Position numbers and translations under genes: made by a program. The notes beneath the pieces are model-generated. The model searched no databases. It saw only the letters and a program-made list of their open reading frames with translations, and was not told the origin of the DNA. Positions 25,183-37,937 of a stretch of 64,000 nt of DNA are shown in pieces. Each line of letters starts with the position of its first letter. Position 1 is the first letter of the stretch. Location: positions 21,514,001 to 21,578,000 of the forward strand of contig OX597820.1 in assembly GCA_951406725.2 (NCBI GenBank), read 5' to 3'. Origin of the DNA: Octopus vulgaris (taxonomy: Eukaryota).

Positions 25183-25517
25183 ACTCCACTTCTGTTATGA
25201 ATAACTATGGGATTGCACCTATAAAGTTACCCTCCAAGGCACAAATCCAGGCAAAGTAGTTTGTGAAAGACCAACAGTCGCCCAAGCATACCAGCCCCCC
25301 GCACTCTATGCCACTAATGTTATCAAAGGGAAAGGCAAAGGCTGATAACAGCTTGGCACCAGTGACATCGCAACTCATTTCTACAGTTGAGTGAACTAGA
25401 GCAATGTGAAATAAAGTGTGTTGCTCAAGAACACAACACAAAGCCTGGTTCAGGAATTGAACTCACTACCTCATGATTGCGAGCCCAATGCTCTAACCAC
25501 TGAGCCATACATCTTCA
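25183..25517 (-). mobile_element. SINE family C
   Basis: Similar to 6205-6520. Confidence 0.88.
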
Positions 25518-27245
25518 TCCATGCTATTGTAAAGGCTCCAAATGCCCAAAATGCTTCTGGCATTCTCACTTGGCAGCTGCTGCTGGGATGAGTATTTGCT
25601 TCTCTATGATATATCATGTTTTTAACACAGGAAGTCCCTAAGATATGTTATCTCAGGACAAATACCACAATAACTGGCCTATTGACAGAGTATATATGCT
25701 ATTATGTATGATACACAGCTGACTAAATAGCTAATGATATTAAAGTTGTTTTCAAATCCATACCTATCTGTGGCAACAAATCATATGACTGAATGTCACA
25801 TGACACATTCTCTGTTAGTCTTCAATTTTGTTTCCTATTTTGGTTAAATATTTTACAATTTTGTTGCAACCAAGTAACAAAGATTAATCTTAGATCATTG
25901 TTAACAACTCACTATGACAAGATTATTTCTGATGTTTAAAATACTTTTGTTTTTGTTTTTAATAGTTTTGTTGTTTTTGTAAAATCTCAGAAAATAATTA
26001 AAAATTTGTCTATCTATCCAACTGTAAACATTTTAAATATTTCACTAACTTTGTTATAACTTGGCAAAAGGGTACATATTTTTCCAAAAATTGCTAAATT
26101 TGTTCCCACAGTCTTCTTTATCCACAAGGTACATCTCACAGATACTCTGGAGTGCATCATCAGTGATGTTTCTGGTATCTTGGGGCATTTTAGATCTTAC
26201 ATCAGGCCCCCTCACCAGTCAGGGTTGATCAAGTTCCAGTCTGTATCCCTGTAGTAGCAAACCATTGGTCTGCTCACTTTCCAAAGCTATCTAGTGACCT
26301 TTTCTGTAACTTCAGTAGTGGAATCCATTACTTACCAAATACATTTCCTGAATTTAATTGGTTGGTTTTAACACGACAAAATTAATGGAAACTAATTTTA
26401 ATTTGCATATATCTTATTTGAAATGCTTTGTTTATTTTGCAAACTTCCTGAATTATTTGAATGCTATTCTGTTTAAAATTGATGGTATTCTGTAATTTCA
26501 TGTTTGTTGAACTGGACATTTTTAAAAGTGCCATTTTTGGATCACTGCAAACAAATCAAGTGACATGCCTGGTTTTAAAGGACAAATAATTGATGTTATG
26601 TTTTCTTTGTACATTTTTCTACAGGAATCTCGTCCCAGTTAATATTTAAACTTTTCTTATTTTACATTCCTAATAAAAATTCGCGTCTTGATCATTGAAC
26701 GATCATGGGCTGTGTATATGTGTATGTATTATATGAGTATATTTATAAGAGTGTATAAAAACGCTGCTCAGCGGATCAAGCTATTTGCTTGAAATTTCAT
26801 AAATACACACGTTGTCACACAAATATACGCACACACGAGCAGACAATGAATCACATGGGTGTGACTTAATATTTAAAGCAGACAAATTTTGAGGACATCA
26901 CTCGTGGTTAGAATAAATGTTAGATTGGACAAAATAAAGTAACACTGAAATTTTGTACAATATCGAATTACACTGGTTTAGGTATAACTTTTTACAAACT
27001 GCATGAATCCAGAAATATGTTGCTTTAATAAATTAACATTTTGAACAGTTTAGTTGAGCTGTCTTTGAAAGTTTCCAAACCTCAGCTATGGAATGCAATT
27101 GAATTTGCCTTATACAGTTCTCCAAATATCAGCAGCAAATCAACAGGGTTTCTGTCTTCAGCTACCAACAGAATTCAAAATCTTGATGATATTGATCTGT
27201 TTTTAATCAATAAAAATAAATCCTGAGACTCTGTGTGTATGTGAG

Positions 27246-27291
<46 letters not shown>

Positions 27292-27728
27292 TATGTATGT
27301 ATGTATGTATATATACACATACAGATTGATTAGATGTAGAGATAGAGAGATATATGGACAGACAGATAGATATATAATTAGAGATAGCTCCAAAGATTCA
27401 TGTAGATGTCTATTGAATTAAGAAATATTTTACTAGAGAGATATTTAGATGATATAGTATTTAAATTGATTAATAATTTTATAGTGAAATTAATAGGAGG
27501 AGAAAGGTTGAGAGTTAGAGTTTGAAGAATTTATTTGATTCCTGTTACCTTAAAAGTATTAGGCAAGAAAAGAGGTGCCACAGAAATGTGTCAATCATGG
27601 TGAAAGAAGAGTGTAGTGCCATAGGAAAGCTGTATTTGATCAGAAAGTGCACTTAAGTGATAGAATAGAAAAAGTGGTTATAAGGAAAAATAGGATTTAT
27701 TTTATTGCTTGGTCTGAATAAAACTTAC

Positions 27729-28034
27729 CTTCAAAGTTTAAATTGATGGTGGCTGTAGATTCACCAGCAGTGTTTTTAGCAATAGCCTTATATTCACCAC
27801 CATCTGCACTGCCTACCTTATTGATTTCTAAAGAGATTGTATGGTTTTTACCAAGAGATCTGATTTGCATTTTAATCCGCTGATTTTGAGATACAGTTTT
27901 GTTGTTGAGTTGCCAAGTTATATCTGGCTTAGGATCAGCTGTGAGCTTACACTCTATGATTAGTTTTTCTCCGAGCTGTCGGATTGCAGGTTTACTGGTG
28001 AACATAGGTTTGCCTTTCGGTTCTGCACCCATAC
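27729..28034 (-). CDS. Exon: complete Ig domain B (MGAEPKGKPMFTSKPAIRQ...DGGEYKAIAKNTAGESTATINLNFE)
   Basis: TTTTAG acceptor, G|GTAAGT donor, 306 nt, phase 1->1; ORF 27697..28071. Confidence 0.96.
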
Positions 28035-29897
28035 CTAAAACACAAATTACAAACATAGACTGATACATCAAGCAGGATACTTTTCATCTGGACATCTGCA
28101 GTAAAGACTGCTTGTGAAGATGCCATGAAACTATCCGTAAAGCTGCAAAACTTCTAGCTTATGAAATATTAATTAGAGTGTTAATAAAAATTAACAATAA
28201 GCATTATAAGATCATTATCCATTATGTTCTATATGTTTTAATCTAGCAATTTGAATTCTGACTGTATTCAGGTAAAATTACTCAAGTTTCAAAATTATTT
28301 TCAAAAGCATACGTTGTAGGTTTGCTGTGTGAAAAATTATTCATTGGACAATAACCGGATTCCTTTAACACCTGAGATCTGAGAGTATTTTATTTCATAA
28401 TGTTCAGGAAGACACAACAGTTGTGGTCCTAGGATGTATTATGGTTAAAGAGAATATAAGTTAGCTTTTACTTTCTTTTTAGTAGCTTTTTATATTAAAA
28501 AGTTTTAAGTAATGTTTTTATCAGAAATTTGAAGAAACTTGAAGAATTGAGTAACAAATGAATGATTAATAGTAATGTTTATATTTTGAGATTTTTAGCC
28601 AAAAAGTTTTAAATGATAGATGCAATGTTGTTTTCTGTCAATACAATTCCTTCCATAGTTGTATTTTGTTCTATAATGAACTTTTCCTAAGAGATAATTC
28701 TTGAATCATTATTCCAGTACAATCACTTGATGGCCACATAACTAGTACCCATGCTAGTCGCACATAAAAAGTACCCTTCGAATGCTGATGATGATGAATC
28801 AGGTAATAAATATATTATCTCCCACCTTGTAAGTGAATGCTTTATTTGATATTGAAGACACCCTGAACAGTCAGATGGTTTTATAGTCCAGAAAGTTCCT
28901 AAAAACAGCTAAAAATGCTGTAATATATAATATTATATATAGATATAGTGTCAAAAATTTCTATTTCAGTAAGACTAAAAGTGATGCAGCTTCATTGTCA
29001 AGGCAGCAATACAGACAACAATAAAGACTAGACGAACACAATTCACATAAGAAAAATTTTTCAGATTTTTCTAATGTTAAAATTGTTAATAAAACTTTAT
29101 AATACATTTTAGAAAATGCATTCAAATTAAAATTGAAATGTAAAAAAATAATAATAAATAATAATGAATAATAAATAAATGCACTGAACATGATAGAATT
29201 AAAACAATAAAAAAATATAACAATAAATAAAACTAAAATGTTGAAATATATAACGTAATAACATTTGAAATAAAAATCAAGAAAGGATATAAAAATCAAC
29301 TGGTCATGATGCATATATCGTTTATATAATATTTTAACAGCATATATGCAAATGTAATGAATTCCATCAATTAATATATAATCCTCTTTTAGATTTATTT
29401 TTAATGGATAATGATTATAAGATTAAAATTCAAAAATCTAATGCATCATTTTCCATTTACTCAGGAATTACTAAAACAAACCAAATATGACATGTGGCTT
29501 CTTGTACTTAATGAACAGTTAATAATTCTCTCATCAAAGATAAACAGCTTCATGACCAGTCGAGAACAGAACTAAATAAAAGGAAATGAAATTGATCATT
29601 GAGACTTCATAAATTAACAACTTTTATTTGCATTTCTTGAATCACTTCCAAAAGTTTGAATCACTTCCATTTCTTGAATCACTTCTAAAAGTTTGCACCA
29701 AACATACATTTCCCTATCTTTCTCATACTCACATGTCCCTTTAACCTAGTTTTTCTCAACCATTTTTAGCCTATGTACCCCTTTGATTTCTATTTTTCTC
29801 TACTGGATCCCCATAGTTAATTGATGTTTAAAAAATTCTAATATATTTTTATAATTAAATATCATTAGGAATTGTATTTAAAAAAATTGTTAAAATA

Positions 29898-30284
29898 GGC
29901 GTAGGAGTGGCTGCGTGGTAAGTAACTTGCTTATCAACCACATGGTTCCAGTTTCAGTCCCACTGTGTGGCACCTTGGGCAAGTGTCTTCAACTATATCC
30001 TCGGGCTGACCAAAGCCTTGTGAGTGGATTTGGTAGACAGAAACTGAAGGAAGCCTGTCATATGCGTATGTGTGTATGTGTTTATTTGTCTGTGTTGGTT
30101 CCCCCATCATCGCTTGACAACCGATGCTGATGTGTTTACATCCCCGTAACTTAGTGGTTCGGCAAAAAGAGACCGATAGAATAAGTACTAGGCACACAAA
30201 GAATAAATCCTGGGGTTGATTTGCTTGACTAAAGGCAGTGCTCCAGCATGGCTGCAGTCAAATGACTGAAACAAGTAAAAGAGA
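29898..30284 (+). mobile_element. SINE family A
   Basis: Similar to 2424-2830. Confidence 0.9.
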
Positions 30285-31128
30285 GTCCACACAGAGAGGA
30301 TTATGTAGTACTTAGGGTTAGCTAAGCTACCTATTATAGAAAATGGCGCCTTAATATTAAAGTTTTTGTTGTGTACGGTTTTCCATTTATCAATATATTG
30401 CATTTGGCAATAAAATTTTCTTCAAGCAGAGAACTTTGTAATTTCAGTTTGTTTTCAAGTTTTAAAATAACAGTCTGTCACGTTTTTAAGTTACATAATT
30501 AAATATTTTCATTAAGCAATTTCGATCAAATAATTTCCATCAAACACAAATGCAGAAGTTATTTTTATTTAGTCTCCATAATCATTTTTTTGGATGGGGC
30601 AGGGTTTCATTTAACATATAACAATTAGAGGAATATGATTTTATGAATGAACAATGTGGTGAAAAGAATCAATGAAAAATATATTCCATTGAAATATAGT
30701 ATATTTTTAACTGATTCTATAAATGACTTCATCAATCCACTATGTCATGGAATAGTCGTAAATCTTTCTTAAAGTTACAGTATAAAACATGACAACAAAT
30801 TTTATGATTTCCTGTTTTTGTTGTTGTTTTATCCATTTGTTTATTTTATTTACTTATTTTTTTGAAGTTCCATATATTTATGATATTCCCCAAAATTTAG
30901 TTGGTATTGCATGCATACTGAAGTTAATCCATCACTCAGGAATTAACCAATATCTCACCACCACTTTTTTTTTTCACAGGTTTCTTTTAATATAACATTT
31001 TGTAATAATGGTTAAGGTTCAGCATTTATTATTTGGGTGTAAATACTGACATTTAACCACTGCAAAGAAAATATATATATATATGCATGTACCAAATACA
31101 TATATGCATATATATATGTATATGTATA

Positions 31129-31160
<32 letters not shown>

Positions 31161-31370
31161 CATATATATATTTGTATATGTACATACATATAGCTATAGA
31201 TATATGTATGCCACTATTGCTAATGAGTGAAGGAAAAACAGAAATAATAATATATAAATATAAATAATAAATGATGCATGATTTTAAAAACATTTAATGA
31301 AAATGGTAATGATAGAGAAGTCTCATTGCAATTGAAAAGTTAATCTATGTTGTATAAGGCTTTTTTCTTT

Positions 31371-31459
<89 letters not shown>

Positions 31460-31881
31460 GCATAACAAAACATCACTTTGCTCGATATTTATTTACAAAT
31501 ATATATGTATGTAAATTAGCAAGATCTGTTTAATGAGTCATCATCGTCATTTCATATCTGCTTTCCATACCGGTATGGATTTGATGGATTGTTATTGGCC
31601 AAGTCATTTTGTTATTTAAAATTACTGCATTCCTAGGCAATCAGAAATGATATCTCATTTGTATGTGTTATTTTGGGTTTTGATATTATAACTGGATGCC
31701 GTTCTCAGTTCAATCACTCTACAGAGTGTACTGGGTACATTTTATTGTGATAGCAGTAGTGAAGTTGCCTTGTGATCCTGAAGGCTCTTCATATATATAT
31801 TTATAAATATATATATAATTTTTTTCGTAATGAGATAAAAAACCAAGGCTCAGTAGATTTTAGAACATTTATATATAGAAG

Positions 31882-31929
31882 GTCTTACAGCTGTTTCCAG
31901 GATATTTATTATATACCTTCATCAGAGAC
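31882..31929 (-). ncRNA. Minimal type-I hammerhead ribozyme-like motif (Penelope-type)
   Basis: GTCT CTGATGA AGGTATAT-aataa-ATATCCT G GAAAC AGCT GTA AGAC: both cores, stem I GTCT/AGAC, palindromic stem III ACAGCTGT, GUA cleavage triplet. Confidence 0.72.
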
Positions 31930-32143
31930 GGTGTGAGAGAATAGTTAAGTAATAGTTAATTTAGATATGATACAAAATAGAGAGTGAGGTGTAGGAAAGA
32001 AAATAGATGTGAGATATGTAGGGAAATTGAAGTTGTAGATCCATTTTTTAGGCAGAATGGTATATATGTAAGATTCCAATACTTTATGAGTAAAATCCAA
32101 TAGTATTTGAAATTGGTCATTCCAAATATCAAGTCTATACACA

Positions 32144-32182
<39 letters not shown>

Positions 32183-32657
32183 TAATTGAACACAACTTTA
32201 TCATGGATTACAACTGTAACCACTCCATTTCGAATGCCATTACATGTAAGTGATTTTATGTGAAAAGTTATGCAATATTTGTGATTGACTATATTGGAGT
32301 GGCACTTCATCAGACTAACATCAAGTTGTGTGTTCTTACACTGTGTTTATAAGAGCGTGAGTGTATGTATATACACTTAACTGCTATCAGTTATTAATTT
32401 AATGGATAAGTCAATTATGTCAAACTATTTCTGTATTTACATTTATATATTGCTTATAAAGGCATTTTTTTATGTTGTAATTTTCTTATACTTCTTAACT
32501 CTTTCCAGTCCCTGATTGTGATCATGATGAAGTATATCTGTTTGATAAGGTTTGAATGAGGAGAATGAATTTGAATTAATTTGACCGAGTTTTATAATGT
32601 ATTAGTATGGTAGCATGCCCAACTAAATGCCTTGTGATAATTAGTGTTGTCTCCTTC

Positions 32658-32929
32658 TGCTTTGAGCTTAGATTCTGTTGAGATCAACTTCTGCTTTGAG
32701 CTTAGATTCTGTTGAGTTCAACTTCTGCATTGAGCTTAGATTCTGTTGAGATCAACTTTTGCTTTGAGCTTAGATTCTGTTGAGATCAACTTCTGCTTTG
32801 AGCTTAGATTCTGTTGAGATCAATTTCTGCTTTGAGCTTAGATTCTGTTGAGATCAACTTCTGCTTTGAGCTTAGATTCTGTTGAGATCAACTTCTGCTT
32901 TGAGCTTAGATTCTGTTGAGATCAACTTT
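32658..32929. repeat. 34-bp minisatellite (tgctttgagcttagattctgttgagatcaacttc) x8 inside a decayed SINE
   Basis: Eight units at 34-bp spacing; flanks match SINE family E. Confidence 0.95.
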
Positions 32930-33252
32930 TTGTTTTATCCTTGTCAGATTGATAAGCTAAGAGCAGTGAAATAGTGATGATGATTAAATTGTTCATACCC
33001 CCAACTGTACCAAAGTCAAACATTCATATTTTGATTTAATATGAAATGAATTTTGTTATTTAGTGCTTTTTCCTCAACATTACATTTAAGAGTAGTCACT
33101 TTGCAATTAATTATGAGACTTCTCAATTTAAAACATAGAAATTGTGTATACGGAATTAGTTTGTAGTAAATAATTATAATTAACTTAATGAACACTAAAA
33201 TTATAAGATGAAAACATGAATTTTCGGGGGGAATCTTTTGGACCATACTTAC

Positions 33253-33408
33253 TATCAAAGTTCAACTTAATGGTAGCATTGCTCTCTCCAAGATCATTCT
33301 TCGCCACGATTTTATAAGACCCTGCATCAGCATTACCAACGTTTTTTATTTCTAGTGTGAGGGCATAAGCCTTGGGCCCTTTCGGATCCATGCGCATTGT
33401 AATGTTGC
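33253..33408 (-). CDS. Exon: Ig domain A, second half (NITMRMDPKGPKAYALTLEIKNVGNADAGSYKIVAKNDLGESNATIKLNFD)
   Basis: TTTCCTTTCAG acceptor, A|GTAAGT donor; DAGSY motif; phase 1->1; overlaps ORF 33185..33397. Confidence 0.95.
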
Positions 33409-33884
33409 CTGAAAGGAAATAATTGTATCAATACATATTTTTATAACATGAATAATTTTACTTATAGAAGTATTAATATGATTTGAATTTTAAACTGTTA
33501 TTAAATCTTAATAATACTTTATATGCTGAAATTTAATGTCTATTTAAACTACTAAGATACATATTGTTATGAATGTTGTCAGCTTATATTGTAGTCCAAA
33601 TTTTCTCTTCATAAACAGATTCAGCAGATAACAATTCTCAAAGGCAATTAAATAGACTAATAGTTTGATAAAAACATATATTGCATAAAACTGATATTTT
33701 GGTAATTTTCTTCAATAGCAATATTAGATACATGTCATATAAATATTTATGCATTAACAGATTGCGGGTCACTGGTAAGTTCCAGCGAACAAAATCTGCA
33801 ACCTGGTTTTGATGCCTAACTATACCAGTTTCACCTCACTTATGCTTGTTTAAATATTTGGTGCTGTTGTTGCTATATGTTCCT

Positions 33885-34177
33885 TCTTGAGCCATGCCAG
33901 GCTCATAAGAGCCGTTTTTCCGGTTTCATCGGCATATAGGTTCCCCACCTGGATGGGACGCTGGTCTGTTGCAGGTGAGCTTCTAGATGCAGGAGAAAAG
34001 AGTGAGAGAAAGTTGTGGCGAAAGAGTCAGCAGAAGTTTACCATTACCTTCTGCCAGAGTCGCATGGAGCTTAGGTGTTTTCACTCATAAACACACACAT
34101 CACCTGGTCTGAGATTCGAACCCACAATCCCTCAACCATGAGTCCGCTTCTCTAACCATCAGGCCATGTGCCTCCAC
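33885..34177 (-). mobile_element. SINE, family D-like head with V-domain-like tail (sister copy 40213-40520 +)
   Basis: ctctaaccatcaggccatgtgcctccac head; cctggatgggacg...gtcgttgcagg-like segment. Confidence 0.8.
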
Positions 34178-35702
34178 AAATATTTGGTACTACCTCAGAA
34201 ATCTATATCAACAATCAGCTTTATCTGTGATCATTCTCACATCTTTTATGATCTTCATGAAAGCATTAATGTCACACTAATTTCTTGCACTCTATAGGTC
34301 TGATTCCTTGTGTGACTCTGTAAGAAGTGTGTTCTCAGGTTATGTTAAAAGTGGCTTTCCAGTGTGATTATGTCAGAACACTAACATTTGACGGATATTT
34401 GTCCTCATCTTGTTTGTTGTTGATGAGAAGAAATATCTGTCAAATGTAAATAAGGTAAATAATATAAATAATGTATATAATTCTTCATCTCTAAAATTCT
34501 CACTGAATTAGCTCCGCTGATTGACAGGTGACAGTCTCATTTAGAGAATGCGTGGGCTAAGACTACATGCCTTCATTGGTCAGTTAAAGTTGAGACAGTG
34601 TCACATGACAACTTGCTGGGGCTGCCTGCTGGAGCCTAGCAGCAGGTATTTAAAGGGAAAAAAATTGACAAGACAGTCAGTCGCCCGCTGGCACTCCTTG
34701 ACGCTACATCGAAGAGGTCAGGGAACAGAAGAAAGAAGAAGAAAGAAGACATGCGCCCAACACCAGAGCTGAAGACACCTCCGAAAGGGGGAGGGGTGGG
34801 TGCCATGTCAAAACGGTAGAGGAGTAGGGGCCGAAATCGGATGTAGTTCTTCCTGATAATGTCTTGAGCTAACTGGATCCTATAAAGGAGCTTTTGTGGT
34901 AGCAGACCACGAAACACAGTTGAAATTCCTAAACCACTGTACTAATCACTAAAGTTTACATAACACTAACTGTTTCAGAACTTTGGCTCATATGTAAATA
35001 AACTTCCTTAATTACTATTGTTTAGTGCAAGGAAAGTTTGTAAAAGCATTTGCCCTTGCAATATGAAATTGTCAGCATTTAAAAAACTGTCCTAGTCAAA
35101 GCCAAGATGCCAATGAACATATTAAACAATAATTTTCCACAAGTGTTATATGCTTGAATTTGGAACTTCTTGATAGCTTATAATTTTTTCACATTAGCAA
35201 ATTATAATTAAAAGAAAAACTATTGTGTATAAGGCATAATATCTGTGAAAATAAGTGAATAAGACTGAAAGAAAACAGTGCTAAAATGTAAATACAACTG
35301 ACAAGAGTTCAAGCCTTTATCAGTTGGGAAACTGTATCTGTTTGCTTGTTGTACTACAAAAAGCAGCAAAATGCTTCTCAGATCCCACCCTACTATACTA
35401 AAAAAAAAAGCAATGATATATATTGGAAAATGTAGTTCTAGAGACTATTGAAAAATAATAGAAAAGGTGGGATAGTCATGGCTGGAACATATATGATCAG
35501 CTAGAAAAATAAAATAAAATCCACTGGAATTATATAGTATGGTTTTAAAATATTAGGTTACAGTTTGATGTTTATGGAGCAATTTAGTGACTGAGTATCT
35601 GGTTTCAAATCTGTACTAGGCTGAGAGTTTGCTAAATTTTTACAAATAAAAACACTGAAATAAAGGAAATATTCATTAATATTAAGATAGTTTGTTAGTT
35701 AC

Positions 35703-35845
35703 CTCCTGCTGCTAATTTTGTGTCATCACGGAACCATTCAATTGTAGGTTTTGGATCTGCACTGAGTTGACATTCCATCACAAGATTCTTACCAACTTGG
35801 CGAGTTGCTGGTTTGGTAGTGAAATTTGGTGCCAAGCCCTCTTGT
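35703..35845 (-). CDS. Exon: Ig domain A, first half (QEGLAPNFTTKPATRQVGKNLVMECQLSADPKPTIEWFRDDTKLAAG)
   Basis: TCTACAG acceptor, G|GTAACT donor, open frame with Ig Cys and Trp; phase 2->1. Confidence 0.93.
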
Positions 35846-36049
35846 CTGTAGATAAGAATTAAAGATTTTTAAATATAAGCTTCATCACTGCATATTTTTA
35901 AAAGAATAAGTTGTTATATCTAAACAGAAATAAAGCTAACTATATTTATTTTAAAATTTCATAAATATCTCATATTTTTCAATTCCAGTAATAGCAGACA
36001 AATCCCGATAAAGTTTTCTTTTTCTCTCTCGTCACTACCTAGGCAACCA

Positions 36050-37105
36050 AGTCTGTGGTGGGGGTAGCTGCTCTGAGAGTGTAATGACTAGAGTAAGAAT
36101 AGCCTGGGCAAAGTTCAGGGAGCTCCTACCTCTGCTGGCAACTAAGGGCCTCTCGCTCAGGGTGAAAGGTAGACTGTATGATGCATATGTGTAAACTGCC
36201 ATGCTCTACAACAGTGAAACATGGGCCATGAATGCTGAGGATATGCGTAGGCTTGAAAGAAATGAAGCTAGTATGATCTACTGGATGTGTAATGTCAGTG
36301 TGCATACACAACAGAGTGTAAGTGCCCTGAGAGAAAAGTTGGGCATAAGAAGCTTCAAATGTGGTGTGCAAGAGAGGCGTCTGTGCTGGTATGGTCATGT
36401 GTTGCATATGAATGAAGACAGCTGTGTGAGGAAGTGCCATCCCCTAACTGTAGAAGGAACTTGTGGAAGAGGTAGACCCAGGATGACATGGGATGAGGTG
36501 GTGAAGCATGGCCTTCGAACATTGGGCCTCACAGAGGCTATGATGGGAGGCTGGGACCTTTGGAGATATACTGTGATTCAGAAGATCTGGCAACTAATGT
36601 GAGATCGCAGCCACGTATGTCTTACCCTGATGTGTCAAGCGATATGATATGCTTGAGAAGACCTGTTGAGTCAAGTAAAACCAGTATTGTAGCTGTGGCC
36701 AGTGCCCCCTGATTGGCTCCCATGCCGGTGGTACATAAAAGCACCATCTGAACATGTTCAATGCCAGGTCAACCTGACTGGCTCTCGTGCCAGTGGCACA
36801 TAAAAAGCACCAATCAATCATGGCTGATGCCAGTACCCCCTGACTGGCTCTTGTGCCGGTGGCACATAAAAAGCACCACCTGAATGTGATCGATGCCAGG
36901 CCTGCCTGACTGGCTCCCATGCCGGTGACATGTAAAAGGTACCCAGTACACTCTCGGAGTGGCTGGCATTAGGAAGGGCATCCAGCTGTAGAAACTTTGC
37001 CAGATCAGATTGGAGCCTGGTGCAGCCTCCTGACTCTCCAGACCTCAGTCAAATTTGTCCAACCCATGCCAGACGTTAAATGATGATGATGATGATGATG
37101 ATGAT
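36050..37105 (+). mobile_element. 5'-truncated RTE-clade LINE (RT C-terminus, 3' UTR tandem repeats, (GAT)n tail)
   Basis: ORF 36201..36602 MLYNSETW...ERRLCWYGHVLHM...GRGRPRMTW; an upstream in-frame stop; tail tgatgatgat. Confidence 0.9.
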
Positions 37106-37937
37106 CATAAAAATTAAATCAACTAGTTGCATCATGGATAGTATACATTTAAAAAGTAATATAATCTTTATAATTAGAATACAACTAGAACATTGAAGAA
37201 AAAGTTTTTGGCTCCATCACAATATCCACAATTCTTCAGTGCATTTATTACACAAATGAAGAATATTTTACTTCAAGTAAAATATTATCTTCACACAGTG
37301 GACACACATTCTATGAAAGATGCTCAAATTTTCAAATTGTACTTAAAATTTTATTACATGTAGCACTTAACTAATTTAACTTTGCTTACCACGTAGAAAA
37401 TTCAATGCTATGACCATTAAGCAAACAAACAAACCGGTAGCTACAGCAAGTTTGTTTAAGATTCAACAACCATAGGAAAGCTATGGAAGACCAAAGCATC
37501 CATACTGATGTCCTAAACATTTAGTATTCACTTAATTACAAAACATTAGGGATTGTTGCTATTTCTTAATCAATATTGCTAACAGCTATTAAGAACTGTT
37601 TTTCGACTGATACTATAGTTTTGTAAAGGTTATTGTCATTACTAGTTTATAATTCTTGTAAGAACGATATTTTCGTACAAAACCATATTATGCATTCACA
37701 TTTTTTAAATAAAAGAATATGTGTATTCTAATATTCCATCTGTGGCAAGATTTGGAAATATTTCAGCAATAATATTTATAAATATGCTTCTTTGTATGTT
37801 ATTGTTCACAGTAAATGACTTCAGAATTTCTAATAAACATTTATCAAAACTATAAAATATTTTTATTAGTGCAGGTTGGTTAGATTCTCTCTGTTCAGTA
37901 TACATCCTATGAATTAGTTTCTGTTTGGCAGACATCT

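Noticed and set aside
26336-26347. 12-nt candidate microexon (CAG|GAAATGTATTTG|GTAAGT), phase 1-1
   Set aside because: Good donor, but purine-rich acceptor and not needed for frame; cannot be supported without RNA data
36201-36602. 133-aa ORF as a host gene
   Set aside because: C-terminal fragment of an RTE LINE ORF with an upstream stop; not an independent gene
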